In this document: positions 44,063 to 58,965 of the stretch, in pieces
How the letters are laid out: each line of letters starts with the position of its first letter
Position numbering within the stretch: position 1 is the stretch's first letter
NCBI GenBank assembly: GCA_964016885.1
Contig: OZ024759.1
Location: 32,798,001 to 32,862,000, forward strand
Direction: 5' to 3'
Source: Eledone cirrhosa
Taxonomy: Eukaryota
Length of the DNA: 64,000 nt
Program-made: the position numbers and the translations under genes
The notes under the pieces: generated by a model
What the model was told of the DNA's origin: nothing
The model's input: only the letters and a program-made list of their open reading frames with translations
Database searches by the model: none

Positions 44063-44065
<3 letters not shown>
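42912..44065. mobile_element. Large fold-back PLE-type element (family A)
   Basis: Arms about 43000-43252 and 43770-44064 are inverted and diverged around a ~520-bp spacer; hammerhead-like core at 43963-44016 (+). Confidence 0.75.
43963..44016 (+). ncRNA. Type I hammerhead-like ribozyme motif
   Basis: TTGT-CTGATGA-AAGCACACCA[loop]TGGTGTCCTT-GAAATATGT-ATAA. Confidence 0.58.
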
Positions 44066-44102
<37 letters not shown>

Positions 44103-44104
<2 letters not shown>

Positions 44105-44482
44105 CGGCGATGAATTAGTTTAGCGAGGTTTTTTATATGAAATCGTGTGTCGAAACAGATATTGTTATACTTGGGGAGGGTCATATTTGCGTAATATTGC
44201 CAGAATTAATAACAGAATTAATAACAAAGAATATAACACCACTGACGATGTTGCAGATATGCAACGAAAGATTTATGTAAATTATGTAAACTATATATAT
44301 GTGTTTGTGTCTATATTGTATCTGTATTATTTTTGACCGTCGGTCAGTCAATGGCAACATTGAGGACCGAGTAAGTTAGATCGCAGATATAAAAGACAGC
44401 GAGAAGCGAAAACCAACCAAACAGTGAGTGTGTTCTGTTATTAATTCTGGCAATATTACGCAAATATGACCCTCCCCAAGTA

Positions 44483-44487
<5 letters not shown>
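44103..44487. mobile_element. Dispersed element in (TA)n with a ~53-bp inverted repeat
   Basis: 44164-44217 is the reverse complement of 44433-44486; the left part is homologous to 4776-4870. Confidence 0.65.
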
Positions 44488-44553
<66 letters not shown>

Positions 44554-44757
44554 TGGTATGTAAAGGAGCATCGATGACTTTAGGAAGAAAAATCATGATG
44601 AAGAATCTGTAACAATCATAAAAATCCAGTATCACTTCCACATACATATATACACATATATACACATACGCACACACACACACACACATATATATATATA
44701 GACACACATACATATATACATATATATAAATATACACGCACATATACACACACATAC

Positions 44758-44788
<31 letters not shown>

Positions 44789-44959
44789 ATACACACACAT
44801 ACATAATACCTATACATACTTACATGCATATATACACACACACACAATACCTATACATACTTACATACATACACACACACACACATATATATATATACAG
44901 GTATGCACCACCATGACAAACCCTCTTAATACCAGCTCTCAACAACCCAGCCTCCTCCG

Positions 44960-45185
44960 ATATCTCTCACACCAAGACACCACCCCCGCCCTACATCTCT
45001 CACCAAGACACCTCCGCCCTACATCTCACACCAAGACACCCCCGCCCTACATCTCTCACCAAGACACCTCCGCCCTACATCTCACACCAAGACACCTCCG
45101 CCCTACATCTCACACCAAGACACCCCCGCCCTACATCTCTCACCAAGACACCTCCGCCCTACATCTCACACCAAGACACCCCCCA
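44960..45185. repeat. ~27-29-bp minisatellite (CACCAAGACACCTCCGCCCTACATCT), about 8 copies
   Basis: Direct reading. Confidence 0.92.
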
Positions 45186-45330
45186 CCATCTCACGCCAGC
45201 CACAAGCCACGACAATGTATACAGCGAATTATAATGAACATATTAACGACAGAAATAATAACGAACATATTAGAGATGATGTGGCGTGGTGAATTAACGA
45301 TTGGAACTTGTTAGCAATTATATATATATG

Positions 45331-45399
<69 letters not shown>

Positions 45400-45574
45400 A
45401 TATATATATATAATTGCTAACAAGTTCCAATCGTTAATTCACCACGCCACATCATCTCTAATATGTTCGTTATTATATATATATATATTTGTATATACGT
45501 ACATATACATACACATATGTATATATATATATATATACATATATAAGTATATATATCTGTATATAGGTACATAC

Positions 45575-45615
<41 letters not shown>

Positions 45616-45629
45616 TAAATACATGTAGT

Positions 45630-45850
45630 GTATATATGGGTGTGTTGAATATGTGTATATATATATATATATATGGGTATATATATATGGGTGTGTTGAA
45701 CGTGTATATATATATATATGTGTGTATATATATGGGTGTGTTGAACGTGTATATACATATATACATATATATATATATATATGTGTGTGTATATATGGGT
45801 GTGTTGAACGTGTGTATATATATATATGTATATATATAAGGGTGTGTTGA
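45630..45850. repeat. GGGTGTGTTGAAC units separated by TA runs, 5 copies
   Basis: Direct reading. Confidence 0.8.
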
Positions 45851-46018
45851 CGTCTAGTTCGTCTCTTAATCAATTAATATCTTCTCATTTAATTGTTAAT
45901 ATGAATAAAACAAAAAATAAAACAAAACTAAAAGGTGTTTTAAATACGTTGATGTATATATATATATATATATATATACATCAACGTATTTAAAACACCT
46001 TTTAGTTTTGTTTTATTT

Positions 46019-46088
<70 letters not shown>

Positions 46089-46353
46089 TTTAAAAATATA
46101 TGTAACATTGACTCACACTAAAAGTCATACGCCTACATATAAAAATTACTTCTTATACACACACAGCGTGATATACAGAAGCAATGATATATATATATAC
46201 ACACACACATATATATATATATGTATTCTGATTGTTATGTAAATTCTTCTTCACCCATAGACAGCACACACCAACATAGATAATATATATGCATGTATGT
46301 ATGCTTATTCTTATGTAAATACACGTTTTTCTCATACACACACCTATATATAC

Positions 46354-46556
<203 letters not shown>

Positions 46557-46567
46557 ATATATATATT

Positions 46568-46708
<141 letters not shown>

Positions 46709-46819
46709 ATATTTATATATATATTTATATATATATATTTATATATATATATTTATATATATATATTTATATATATATATTTATATATATATATTTATAT
46801 ATATATATTTATATATATA

Positions 46820-46871
<52 letters not shown>

Positions 46872-47683
46872 ATATATATATTTATATATATACATATATA
46901 TATATTTATATATATATATATATTATACATTATATATATATATATATTATACATTATATATACATATATATATTATACATTATATATTATATGGACTATT
47001 CATCGTGATGGTTGTTCAATTTATTGATAAATTAAAAACTATTAACCTAGCTTCTGTAATTTCTCCTAAAATCTCACCTCTCAACCTTGTCTTATACTTT
47101 CCATTCAAAACCAAGCCTGACTCCATTTTGTCGACTCCGTCAAACACAAACACACACTTATTTGTACACAAACACACATATTTATACACACACATATATC
47201 TTTATACACATATATATATATATTCATACACAAACATATATATATATGTTTATACACATACATATATTAATACACACACATATATTTATACACAAACACA
47301 CATATATATTTATACACAAAATATAAATACACACACATATTTATACACAAACACACATATATTTATACACAAACATAAATACACACACACATATATTTAT
47401 ACACATACATTTATTTATACAAACACACACGCACACATATATTTATACACACACATATATATTCATAAACACACATATATATTTATACACATACATATAT
47501 TTATACACAAAAAATGCATATATATTTATGGAGATGCACATTTATTTATACACACATACACATTTATAGACACCCATATATTCATACACATACATATTTA
47601 TACACACACACATATCTTTATACACACATATATATATTCATACACAAACATATATATATATATGTTTATACACATACATATAT

Positions 47684-47738
47684 TAATTGTCTCTACTTTA
47701 GGCACAAGGCCAGCAATTACCCAGTGCATTACTGGTAC
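47684..47738 (-). mobile_element. SINE tail fragment
   Basis: AATTGTCTCTACTTTAGGCACAAGGCCAGCAATTACCCAGTGCATTACTGGTACT. Confidence 0.85.
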
Positions 47739-48080
47739 TTACACATTTATAGACACCCATATATTCATACACATACATATTTATACACATAAACATATAT
47801 TTTTACACACATTTTCCGACAGACATGTTTATACACACATGTTAATCAATTTTTCAATTTAAATACGTTTAAATACGTTTATATCTATATACGAATCATA
47901 TAAATATATATACACATTCACGCAGTCTCGTTACCCTTATTCTGTATATGTACCTTTCAGATATCCCTTGACAAGCAAATCTCCAGAATGGCTGGCTACA
48001 TACCCGTGATTTTACCCCGTTTGCCCGTTCCATCCTTATCCCATTTTTTACCTTTCTATTCTATCTTATATTTCTAAATA

Positions 48081-48120
48081 ACCTCTGATGAAGGACTAGT
48101 GTCCGAAACATTAATGCTCT
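48081..48120 (+). ncRNA. Minimal hammerhead-like motif
   Basis: CTGATGA-A-GGAC-TAGT-GTCC-GAAAC: perfect core and stem II; stems I and III are degenerate. Confidence 0.55.
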
Positions 48121-48178
48121 TTTACTACTATTTCAAGCCTTAAACTAATATATTTCATCAGTGAAACACACACACACA

Positions 48179-48208
<30 letters not shown>

Positions 48209-48209
<1 letters not shown>

Positions 48210-48324
48210 GGAACCAGTAGGACCCCGACGGCTGAGCTCAAACCGTTTCTATTACCCACTCTACTACCCTAAGTATTGAGTACTTTGGTGCGTTATGGTC
48301 CACTTGGTTCCTTACCACATTTCC

Positions 48325-48325
<1 letters not shown>
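48209..48325. mobile_element. PLE-type 3' terminus with an inverted junction
   Basis: 48250-48325 (+) matches the terminus of the 32345 element; 48209-48249 carries the upstream GAAACGG..GCCGTCGGGGTCC part in inverted orientation. Confidence 0.7.
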
Positions 48326-48359
<34 letters not shown>

Positions 48360-48530
48360 TACTACAAAATATTAATAAATATAGACATTCATGTGATCAA
48401 ATATATTTTATTATATTTTATTATAAATATTTCAGAGGTAGTGAGCTATTTCAACAGTACGTCCTCATCAGATAAAATAAATTGATGTCTGACATACCCT
48501 GACTGTGTTGATGGTTATAATTCAGTCATA
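48360..48530 (-). mobile_element. PLE-type terminal fragment with hammerhead-like core
   Basis: Minus strand TTAT-CTGATGA-GGACGTAC..TACCTCT-GAAATATTT-ATAA (48421-48475); near-identical copy at 61790-61950. Confidence 0.6.
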
Positions 48531-49093
48531 TATATACATATACATATACAGACAGATAGATACATATATACATATAGACATATATACACAAACATCAACA
48601 CGCGTGTATATATATATGTCTATTTGTGTGTATGTATGTCTGTGTGTATTTATATATCTTTGTTAGTGCGTGTATGTATGCTGGTTTGTGTATGTGTGTG
48701 TGTATGTATGCTGGTTTGTGTATGTGTGTATGTATGTGTATGCGTATGCTGGTTTGTGTGTGTGTGTGAGATAGATAGATAGATAGATATATAGATAGAT
48801 AGATAGATAGATAGATAGAGAGAACACGCGCCTATGTGTGCACACGTGCGTTCGATTGCGTGTGTAAATGTTTACACTTCAAAATCTATTAGATCGATAC
48901 CAAAATCATGACTGACATATACATTATAAATCTGTCAAATGCAACAACAATAACATCAGCATCATCAACATCATCTACCACCACCACTACCACCAGCAAC
49001 GCCGCCGCCACTACCACCACCACCACAAACACTACTACTGCTACTATATCAACAACAATAACACCACCAGCATCATCATCATCTACAGCCACC

Positions 49094-49137
<44 letters not shown>

Positions 49138-49527
49138 ACCATCAGCCACAACAACAAAAACTTCAACTACCGCCACCACCACCACCACCACAATCACCAC
49201 TACTATTATAACAACAACAATAAATCCGTTAAAAAGAACAATAGAAAAATTAATAAATTCATTTAAAAAAATGCAAACTAAAAAATAAAAAAATTACTCA
49301 GAAATGAAAAAAAAAAAAACCAACCCCCACTTCCACCCTCAAGAAAACAACCCTACCCCCCAAAATACAAACAAAAACTAAAAAATAATAATCAAAATTT
49401 AAAAAACAAAGAAAGGAAAATTTGATGCATCATTTCATTTTTATTACATAATAAATGTATTTAACCCTTTAGCATTTCACCTAACAATCTTTTGAAGTCT
49501 TTCAAACATTGTCTACAAAGATTTGAT

Positions 49528-49595
<68 letters not shown>

Positions 49596-50068
49596 ACAAT
49601 CCGGTTTTGTTTTGTTTCAGGAAGTAGTCACGTGATTTAATAACGTGTTAGTCAATTTTTGATGCATTATCATCTCTTGTTTACTTACTATTGGGGAAGT
49701 TAGTATTTTTAGTTATATATATATATATTTACTTATTTAGTTAGTCTTTAGATATTGTGTTAGTTATTGAATATATTGGTACGTTCGTTTAGAGTTAGTA
49801 AGCTGTAAACCACGACAGAACTGTGAATGGTGGAATGGTGTCTAATATTCCTTATAATTACGAAACAAAAGCAATATATATAAACCACAAACCCTCCATC
49901 TCAATTCTACTTTTGAATAGCATAAGGACTGTGAAACCGGTAAAGGAAACAAATAAATATTCCTAAAAAGACTCCAGATGCTTTTTTGATTTCATCTTTT
50001 TTCCTTATACTTTCACTCGTGTAGGACATCTCGTTTTTTTTTCTTAAAAAAAAACACACACCTGATTT

Positions 50069-50140
<72 letters not shown>

Positions 50141-50392
50141 ATATAAATATTCACATCTCTCCAAGTGAGATACAGCGTTTCTAGGGCATATTTTGAACCT
50201 GGCGAAGCCCATCTCCTCACCATGATATATATATATATATATATATAGTTATGTAATAAACAACATAAGACAATTATTCCATTTACCAAAGGTTTCACGA
50301 AGACAGACGAGTTCGACACAGACGTCTGAAATCTTTCATCAGAATGAAAAATTATTTAATATGGACATAAGATATGAATTTAAAAACAAAAG

Positions 50393-50429
<37 letters not shown>

Positions 50430-50479
50430 CACAAAAAAAATAGATCACTAAGGTTTAACAATTAATAAATTACTTATCT

Positions 50480-50550
50480 AATTTACATCTGTTTCATCCT
50501 CCTCCAAAGGATGTTACTTTCAATGTTTGTAGAGAAATCATCAGAATGAA
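50480..50550 (-). ncRNA. Hammerhead-like motif with extended stem II
   Basis: Minus strand CTGATGA-TTTCTCTACAAA..TTTGGAGAGGAT-GAAAC-AGATGTA. Confidence 0.4.
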
Positions 50551-50696
50551 TTATATATAATATATAAAAAGTATTTATATACAGACTTATATAACTTACC
50601 TTATATATGTATAAATAAATAAACTTATATAAGTTACCTCATATATATATAAATAAATAGATCTATATATTGTACATGTTTTCATCTACACCCGTA

Positions 50697-50767
<71 letters not shown>

Positions 50768-50870
50768 AATATATATATATATATACATGTATCTATATAT
50801 ACACACGGGCACACAAATATATATGTATATACAAATATCTATATAGATGTACATATGCACAAACTCACAA

Positions 50871-50903
<33 letters not shown>

Positions 50904-51201
50904 CTAGTAGATGTACCCGGCGTTGCTCGGGAAATGAATGACAGCCTGAATTGTTCAAGGTCGTTTATGGCTTAGCTAGCAATTTCTGAGTGCATGTCAG
51001 TTTATGTCAGCTAATGGGCTAGCCAATGAGAGGTCGCCTCAATAGCACGTGCCAAATTGGCCTCGTACTTCAAAAGTTAAAAGGAGCCTAGTATTTGTAC
51101 ACAGACAGACAGACACACAGACACTCACACACACAGACACAGACAGACATACACACAGACACTCACACACACAGACCGACTTGCTTTTATATATATATAG
51201 A
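50904..51201 (-). mobile_element. Complete non-autonomous Helitron, 298 bp
   Basis: Minus strand A|TCTATATATATAAAAGC..(GTCT/GT)n..CCCGAGCAACGCCGGG hairpin, 8 nt, CTAG|T: TC 5' end, subterminal hairpin, CTAG 3' end, A|T insertion without TSD. Confidence 0.8.
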
Positions 51202-51218
51202 TGTTGTTTCTGTTTACC

Positions 51219-51265
<47 letters not shown>

Positions 51266-51451
51266 ACGGATCTGTTTAAGTCACAAGGCTACTCAGTATT
51301 CCAAGCGTTCCCCTCACAAATATCTGATTATCGGTTCATGTTAATAATATTTGTAAATATATTTATGTATTTCATCTGTGAATGAGAGTCATGTACAGAA
51401 CCCCCCCACACACACATATACACACATACAGACACCCCCACATGCACACCC

Positions 51452-51495
<44 letters not shown>

Positions 51496-51651
51496 GTATA
51501 TCTCCCTATATATGTGTATAAATACGTGAACATATGTATAAAAATGTAAATATATGTATATATATATATATATATTTATTAAAATATATTATTATTACTA
51601 TTACTATATATATATATATATATATTTATTAAAATATATTATTATTACTAT

Positions 51652-51685
<34 letters not shown>

Positions 51686-52156
51686 GAAAGGTATAGAAAA
51701 CATTGTAGCAAAAAGCCATATATATATATCTATATATATATATATATATGTGTGTGTATGTGTGTGTGTATATATACACATACAGAGAGCCCCCTCACAT
51801 ATATACACACGTACATATTTATAGATTCTTATATATACATGAGGATTTCAGCATGTCGGTAAAAAATGATGGATATGTTCACAGATAATGCTGAAATGAT
51901 TTCTATCGAAAATATAATACTTTGGCATACACCACGTATTTTCTTCAAAAGATCCATCGATCAAACAGGAAGTTAGCATCTAAATTTAACAGGAAGTTAG
52001 CATATTAATTTCACAGCGTATATTTACGTATGTAAAACTGTGACCGAATACTTATATATGCGTCTGGAATATTGGACTGAGTCTATATGTAATAATGCAA
52101 TAGTACATGTACTAAATTGATCATGACTGCCAGTTATAGTTTGAGTATATGTATGA

Positions 52157-52203
<47 letters not shown>

Positions 52204-52251
52204 TTATATATATATTATATATATATATATATTATATATATATATATATAT

Positions 52252-52314
<63 letters not shown>

Positions 52315-52393
52315 AAAGGTAAACAGAAATAACACAGTACAGTATATAGAAGGGATATATTAGGTTAACGCTTGATATATCAGGAAGTGGGTC

Positions 52394-52511
<118 letters not shown>

Positions 52512-52798
52512 AATAGGGGGCGCAGAGTACAAAGTCAAAGGAAAAAGAAACGGAAAGACGGACAGTCCCATCTCATCAGTCAACCTCTGGGAATCACTAC
52601 GGTTTCGGTCTATTAAGCCTGATACCATTCATTCCAGTGCACATCAGGACACAACTCAACAAGTAGAGACAAGTTATGCCTTCAGGGAAATACACAAATA
52701 TAGAGCGTGCAAGGGCTTAGCCAAATGTGAAAGATATAGACAGGAGAGAAATAGTAAAACAAGAGAATACACGGACTGTTGTCCAACGTGTGGACAAA

Positions 52799-52863
<65 letters not shown>

Positions 52864-52945
52864 TATTCATACATTTAGAACCTCCGTTGGTCTCGTGAAA
52901 TCCAGGACCTACATCTCCAAAGCCCCTTCATTTTTATAGCAGACC

Positions 52946-53087
52946 AGGCGCATGGCTTAGTGATAAGAGCATTGAGCTTGCAATCGAAAGGTTGTGAGTT
53001 CAATTCTCGGACCGGGTGATGTGTTGTTTCCTTGGGCAAGACACTTTATTTCACGTTGCTCCAGTTTACTCAGCTGTAGAAATGAGA
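52946..53087 (+). mobile_element. Second tRNA-derived SINE family, CORE/V-like body
   Basis: A-box TGGCTTAGTGA, B-box GAGTTCAATTC, body TTGTTTCCTTGGGCAAGACACTTT..CTCAGCTGTAGAAATG. Confidence 0.7.
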
Positions 53088-53640
53088 TGATAGGACTGAG
53101 GTCCCTATCATTAAATTACCCAAGACACCTCCAACAAGATATACCTTGGAGGAGGCCAGCTAAACCTGCATAGGTGTGAGTTGTCACACACACAGAGCAG
53201 GTATTAACTATTCATATAAATCATATGACAACGCAATGGCCGACATAACGCAGCTGCGTTGATGTTGCAGACGACCACGTACAGACAAAATGGCGGAATG
53301 ATATATTTGATACTTTAGCAGTTCTGTCAATCCAGCACTATATGGGATTTGTAATATTTTGTGCTGATCAGGAAAGGACGAAAAACGAAATTCATGTGGC
53401 TGGGATTTGAACTCAAATAATACGAATTAGAAAGATATACCACGAAAGATAAAATAGGAATATATAGACACATACACGTAGAGAGACAGCTATATATACA
53501 TATACATACAGTGACACATATACATAAATTTTTATATAGACACATACTCATACACAGTTACCTATACATACATATACAGGCATACATACAGAAAAGCCCG
53601 CACACACAAAACGCAAACATAAACCATACTCACATTCACA

Positions 53641-53734
<94 letters not shown>

Positions 53735-54029
53735 GGTATATATATAGGTATATGCATATATTGTTTATATATTGGAATATGCATTATGCAACAGCATATG
53801 TCTGTATAAATATCAGTATAACGCTGACATATATTCAGATTCACATACATACATACTTGTACATACACACATACACATACATACGTCTATATACATACAT
53901 CATATGCACACCTTAATATATATATATTAGTATATATATATACATATATACATATATTAGTATATATATATATATACATACATGCATACATACATATATA
54001 CATATATATATCTACACACACATATATAT

Positions 54030-54208
<179 letters not shown>

Positions 54209-54294
54209 TATAGATTCAAACACATATATGCTCGTGTCTGTGAATATGTGTGTGGTATTACATGAGTAATTATGGGCGTTGTGTGAGTGTTGAC

Positions 54295-54333
<39 letters not shown>

Positions 54334-54414
54334 TGTGTTTGTGTGCGTGTGTGTGTTTGCTGGCCTGTGACTATGCGTATATACGTGTGTTGGCCTGTGT
54401 GTGCTTGTGTGTAT

Positions 54415-55105
54415 ACTTAAGTGACTGTATGTGTATATCTATGTGTGTATGTATGTGACTGCGTATGTATGTGACTGTATGTGACTGTGTATGTATGTGA
54501 CTATGTATGTATGTGACTGTGTATGTATGTAACTGTATGTGTATATCTATGTGTGTATCTACGTGACGTGTATGTATGTGACTGTATGTGACTGTGTATG
54601 TATGTGACTGTGTGTGTATATCTATGTGTGTATGTATGTGACTGTATGTGTATATCTATGTGTGTATGTATGTGACTGTGTATGTATGTGACTGTATGTG
54701 ACTGTGTATGTATGTGACTGTGTGTGTATATCTATGTGTGTATGTATATGACTGTATGTGTATATCTATGTGTGTATGTATGTGACTGTGTATGTATGTG
54801 ACTGTATGTGACTGTGTATGTATGTGACTGTGTGTGTATATCTATGTGTGTATGTATGTGACTGTGTATGTATGTGACTGTATGTGTATATCTATGTGTG
54901 TATGTATGTGACTGTGTATGTATGTGACTGTATGACTGTGTATGTATGTGACTGTGTATGTATGTGACTGTATGACTGTGTATGTATGTGACTGTATATG
55001 TATGTGACTGTGTGTGTATATCTATGTGTCTATGTATGTGACTGTGTATGTATGTGACTGTGTATGCATGTGACTGTGTATGCATGTGACTGTATGTATG
55101 TGTGT
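54415..55105. repeat. (GTATGTGACT)-based composite satellite
   Basis: Direct reading. Confidence 0.9.
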
Positions 55106-55591
55106 GTATTTGTTAATTAACTCTGCAAAGCCATTAAAAGCCTAGCTGTGGCGAGTCACGCAACGTTCAAATCAAATCCTCTATGCTGTTTGATAGATGT
55201 TGCCGTCATAGCTGATTTACACTCTCTTCCCTCATTCCCCGCCAATCATTTCCCGCCATTCATCTCCCGCCCTTTCTTCACTAACTAATACAGAGCACTG
55301 ACTGTTCACAGCACGCATACACACATACACACACAAGCCACATAAACCACAAACCCATACATATATGCACCACACATATATACACACTACACAAACCACA
55401 CACCCCACACACACCGCACATACATACACACTTACACATATCATACATGTTATATACACTTAGCTATTAGTACATTTACAGAGATATATACATACACACG
55501 CTCGGATGAAATTTAATATATATGTGTATTGTATATACCATATTTATATATATACGTATATATATATATACGTATATATGAAGTATATGTT

Positions 55592-55623
<32 letters not shown>

Positions 55624-55695
55624 TTATACATACACACATTAAGCTGGAAATATATCATAACACGTCATAACAGAAAGTAGGTATAATGCTAACTG

Positions 55696-55739
<44 letters not shown>

Positions 55740-56164
55740 GTGTATGTGTGTGTTTGTGTGAATGTGTGTGAGTGTGAATGTGTGTGAGTGTGTGTGTGGA
55801 TGAGTGAGTGTACGTGGTTGTATGTGTGTATGTGTACATTAGAGAAGGACAGTATGTTGTTAATGGTTGTGTAAATAATAAGTATAGATTTATATATATT
55901 CTCCTCCCGTGAGCAGATGGAGATCCCAATCATGATGATGATGATGTCGACGACAACAATAACAGCGTCACTTTCTTAACCTCCACTCGCCCCCACATAC
56001 ATACAAGATACTTTAACACCTCATAGCAAAACTGACATTCACGGCCAGGAAACAGAGTTTGAGAATATTCTTCCTCGGGAATATACGACAGTATCGCCAT
56101 CTGTTAACGCCATAAAGAGACAACCGCTGAGATATACATTCAGGAAACAATACCACAACTCACT

Positions 56165-56487
56165 CATCTCTCCAGTTTTATACAACACGCCATTAAAACT
56201 CTCTGTTCTATTCACTAGCCTTAACAAGCTCCCAGATCTCTCCAGTTTTATACAACACGCCATTAAAATCCGCCATTAAAACTCGCTGCTCTATTCACTA
56301 GCCTTAACAAGCGCCCAGATCTCTCCAGTTTTATACAACACGCCATTAAAATCCGCCATTAAAACTCGCTGCTCTATTCACTAGCCTTAACAAGCGCCCA
56401 GATCTCTCCAGTTTTATACAACACACGATTAAAATCCGCCATTAAAACTCGCTGTTCTATTTACTAGCCTTAACAAGCGCCCTGATC
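56165..56487. repeat. ~82-bp tandem repeat, 4 copies (first copy shorter)
   Basis: ATCTCTCCAGTTTTATACAACACGCCATTAAAATCCGCCATTAAAACTCGCTGCTCTATTCACTAGCCTTAACAAGCGCCCAG. Confidence 0.92.
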
Positions 56488-56869
56488 CATTTTGTTTGAC
56501 AGGCTTTAAAATATTTAGTTTTTAGATTTCTTATTGGAAGACGCTACCTATAATACTATTTTTCTCTATTGGTATAACCAAAATAATTGAGAAATTTAGT
56601 AAAACAACTAACTATCTTACTTATATATATATATAAATGTCTTTAGATAACAATAACAGGCCCATTCATGTTGACATCTCTTGCAAGACTGTTGGTGCTG
56701 GCGTTTATATATATATATATATATATATATAGTGTGTGTGTATATATATGTATATATATAGTGTGTGTGTATATATATGTATATATAATGAACGTGAATG
56801 CGACTGTACACACATACACACACACAGATATACATACATATTCATTACACACACATACATCTCCGGCCG

Positions 56870-56940
56870 TCACGATATCTAGATTTGTATCTAGCTGTCG
56901 AAACGGTCGGAGCTCAGCCGTCGGGGTCCTGACTCTTTTC
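56870..56940 (+). mobile_element. PLE-type fragment, 3' half of a hammerhead
   Basis: GAAACGGT-CGGAGCTCA-GCCGTC-GGGGTCC: stem III with a GTC triplet; paralog of 2575-2627. Confidence 0.6.
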
Positions 56941-56949
56941 ATATGTATA

Positions 56950-57024
<75 letters not shown>

Positions 57025-57218
57025 GTAGGTCCTGGGTTGAGTCGGGGATAACCACAGTAAGTAAGGTACTCAATACATGGCAGAGTAAAATTTTTTTATT
57101 TTATAGAAGGAGCTTCTACAGGACTAGTACTGTTTCATTCAGATGAAATCTTCAGGAAGATTTCATCTGAATGAAACAGTACTAGTCCTGTAGAAGCTCC
57201 TTCTATAAAATAAAAAAA
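57025..57218. mobile_element. PLE-type 3' end (family B, minus) with a perfect 63-bp-arm palindrome
   Basis: Arms at 57091-57218, axis at 57154-57155; minus strand CTGAAGA-TTTC..GAAT-GAAAC-AGTACT-AGTC, then AATAAA and GTATTGAGTAC. Confidence 0.7.
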
Positions 57219-57801
57219 AATAAAAAAATATATATATATATATATATGTATAGACATGTATATTTAAGTGTGTCTATGTGTGTATATGCATACAGTCGGT
57301 TCCTCATTCATTTCACTAGCAGTTTTCTGGAACACCTATCGTCGAAAGTGGTGGAGGCACATTCCTCCGACATTATTTTCGTACACGAGATCTACATTTC
57401 ACACAATCCTACATTCTCTTTTAGCATTAAGCTTTTACTTTCTTCTAACAATGAAATCGGAAAGCATCAGAATCGTTAATATTTAGGTTTCTTACAGCCG
57501 CCATGTTTAGCGATCTTTTACGAAATTACATCGAGTACCAAACATTTGGGGAACAGCGTTAAAAACAATTGCACCGACCTCGTCTCTCTCTTTGTTTTCT
57601 GGTCGCTCTTATTCAATTCTCTTCCATAAAAAAATGGCATTAAATGATCTCTCTTTATTATGTGGATCGATGTATTTTCAATTTGGATGAAATACATTCT
57701 AGAAAATGTCTATTTATGAGACAATGAATGAGTGTGTAGATGTATGTTGGGAAAGGTGAGAAGTAAGTCTGCGTGTGTGTAAGACACGAAATGACAATGG
57801 A

Positions 57802-57865
<64 letters not shown>

Positions 57866-57975
57866 TCCATTGTCATTTCGTGTCTTACATACATATATAT
57901 ATATATGTGTGTGTGTATATATATATATATGTGTGTATATATATATATTTGTGTATATATATATATATATATGTG

Positions 57976-58008
<33 letters not shown>

Positions 58009-58067
58009 GTGTATATATATATATGTGTATATATATATGTACATATATATATATATATGTGTATATA

Positions 58068-58099
<32 letters not shown>

Positions 58100-58101
58100 G
58101 A

Positions 58102-58137
<36 letters not shown>

Positions 58138-58223
58138 CACTTTGTTTGTCATTGTTTTGGTGTGGTGCTGGTAGATATTATAGCTCTGAGAGAAAACACA
58201 CTTTTAAGTGAATGCCTGATGAC

Positions 58224-58299
<76 letters not shown>

Positions 58300-58457
58300 T
58301 GTAAATATATGTGTAGATATATAGACATATGTAGAAACATATATATAAGTCGATGTAAGATGTGAATATTTTGGTAAGACAAACTAAAAGCAACAATAAC
58401 ATGACACCTATGTAAGATTTTACTGTTTCTGTCTCTCTATACACACGTGTATACTCA

Positions 58458-58568
<111 letters not shown>

Positions 58569-58610
58569 AATATATATATATATAGATAGATAGATATTGA
58601 TATCGACACT

Positions 58611-58770
<160 letters not shown>

Positions 58771-58786
58771 TAGATATAGATATTTA

Positions 58787-58965
<179 letters not shown>

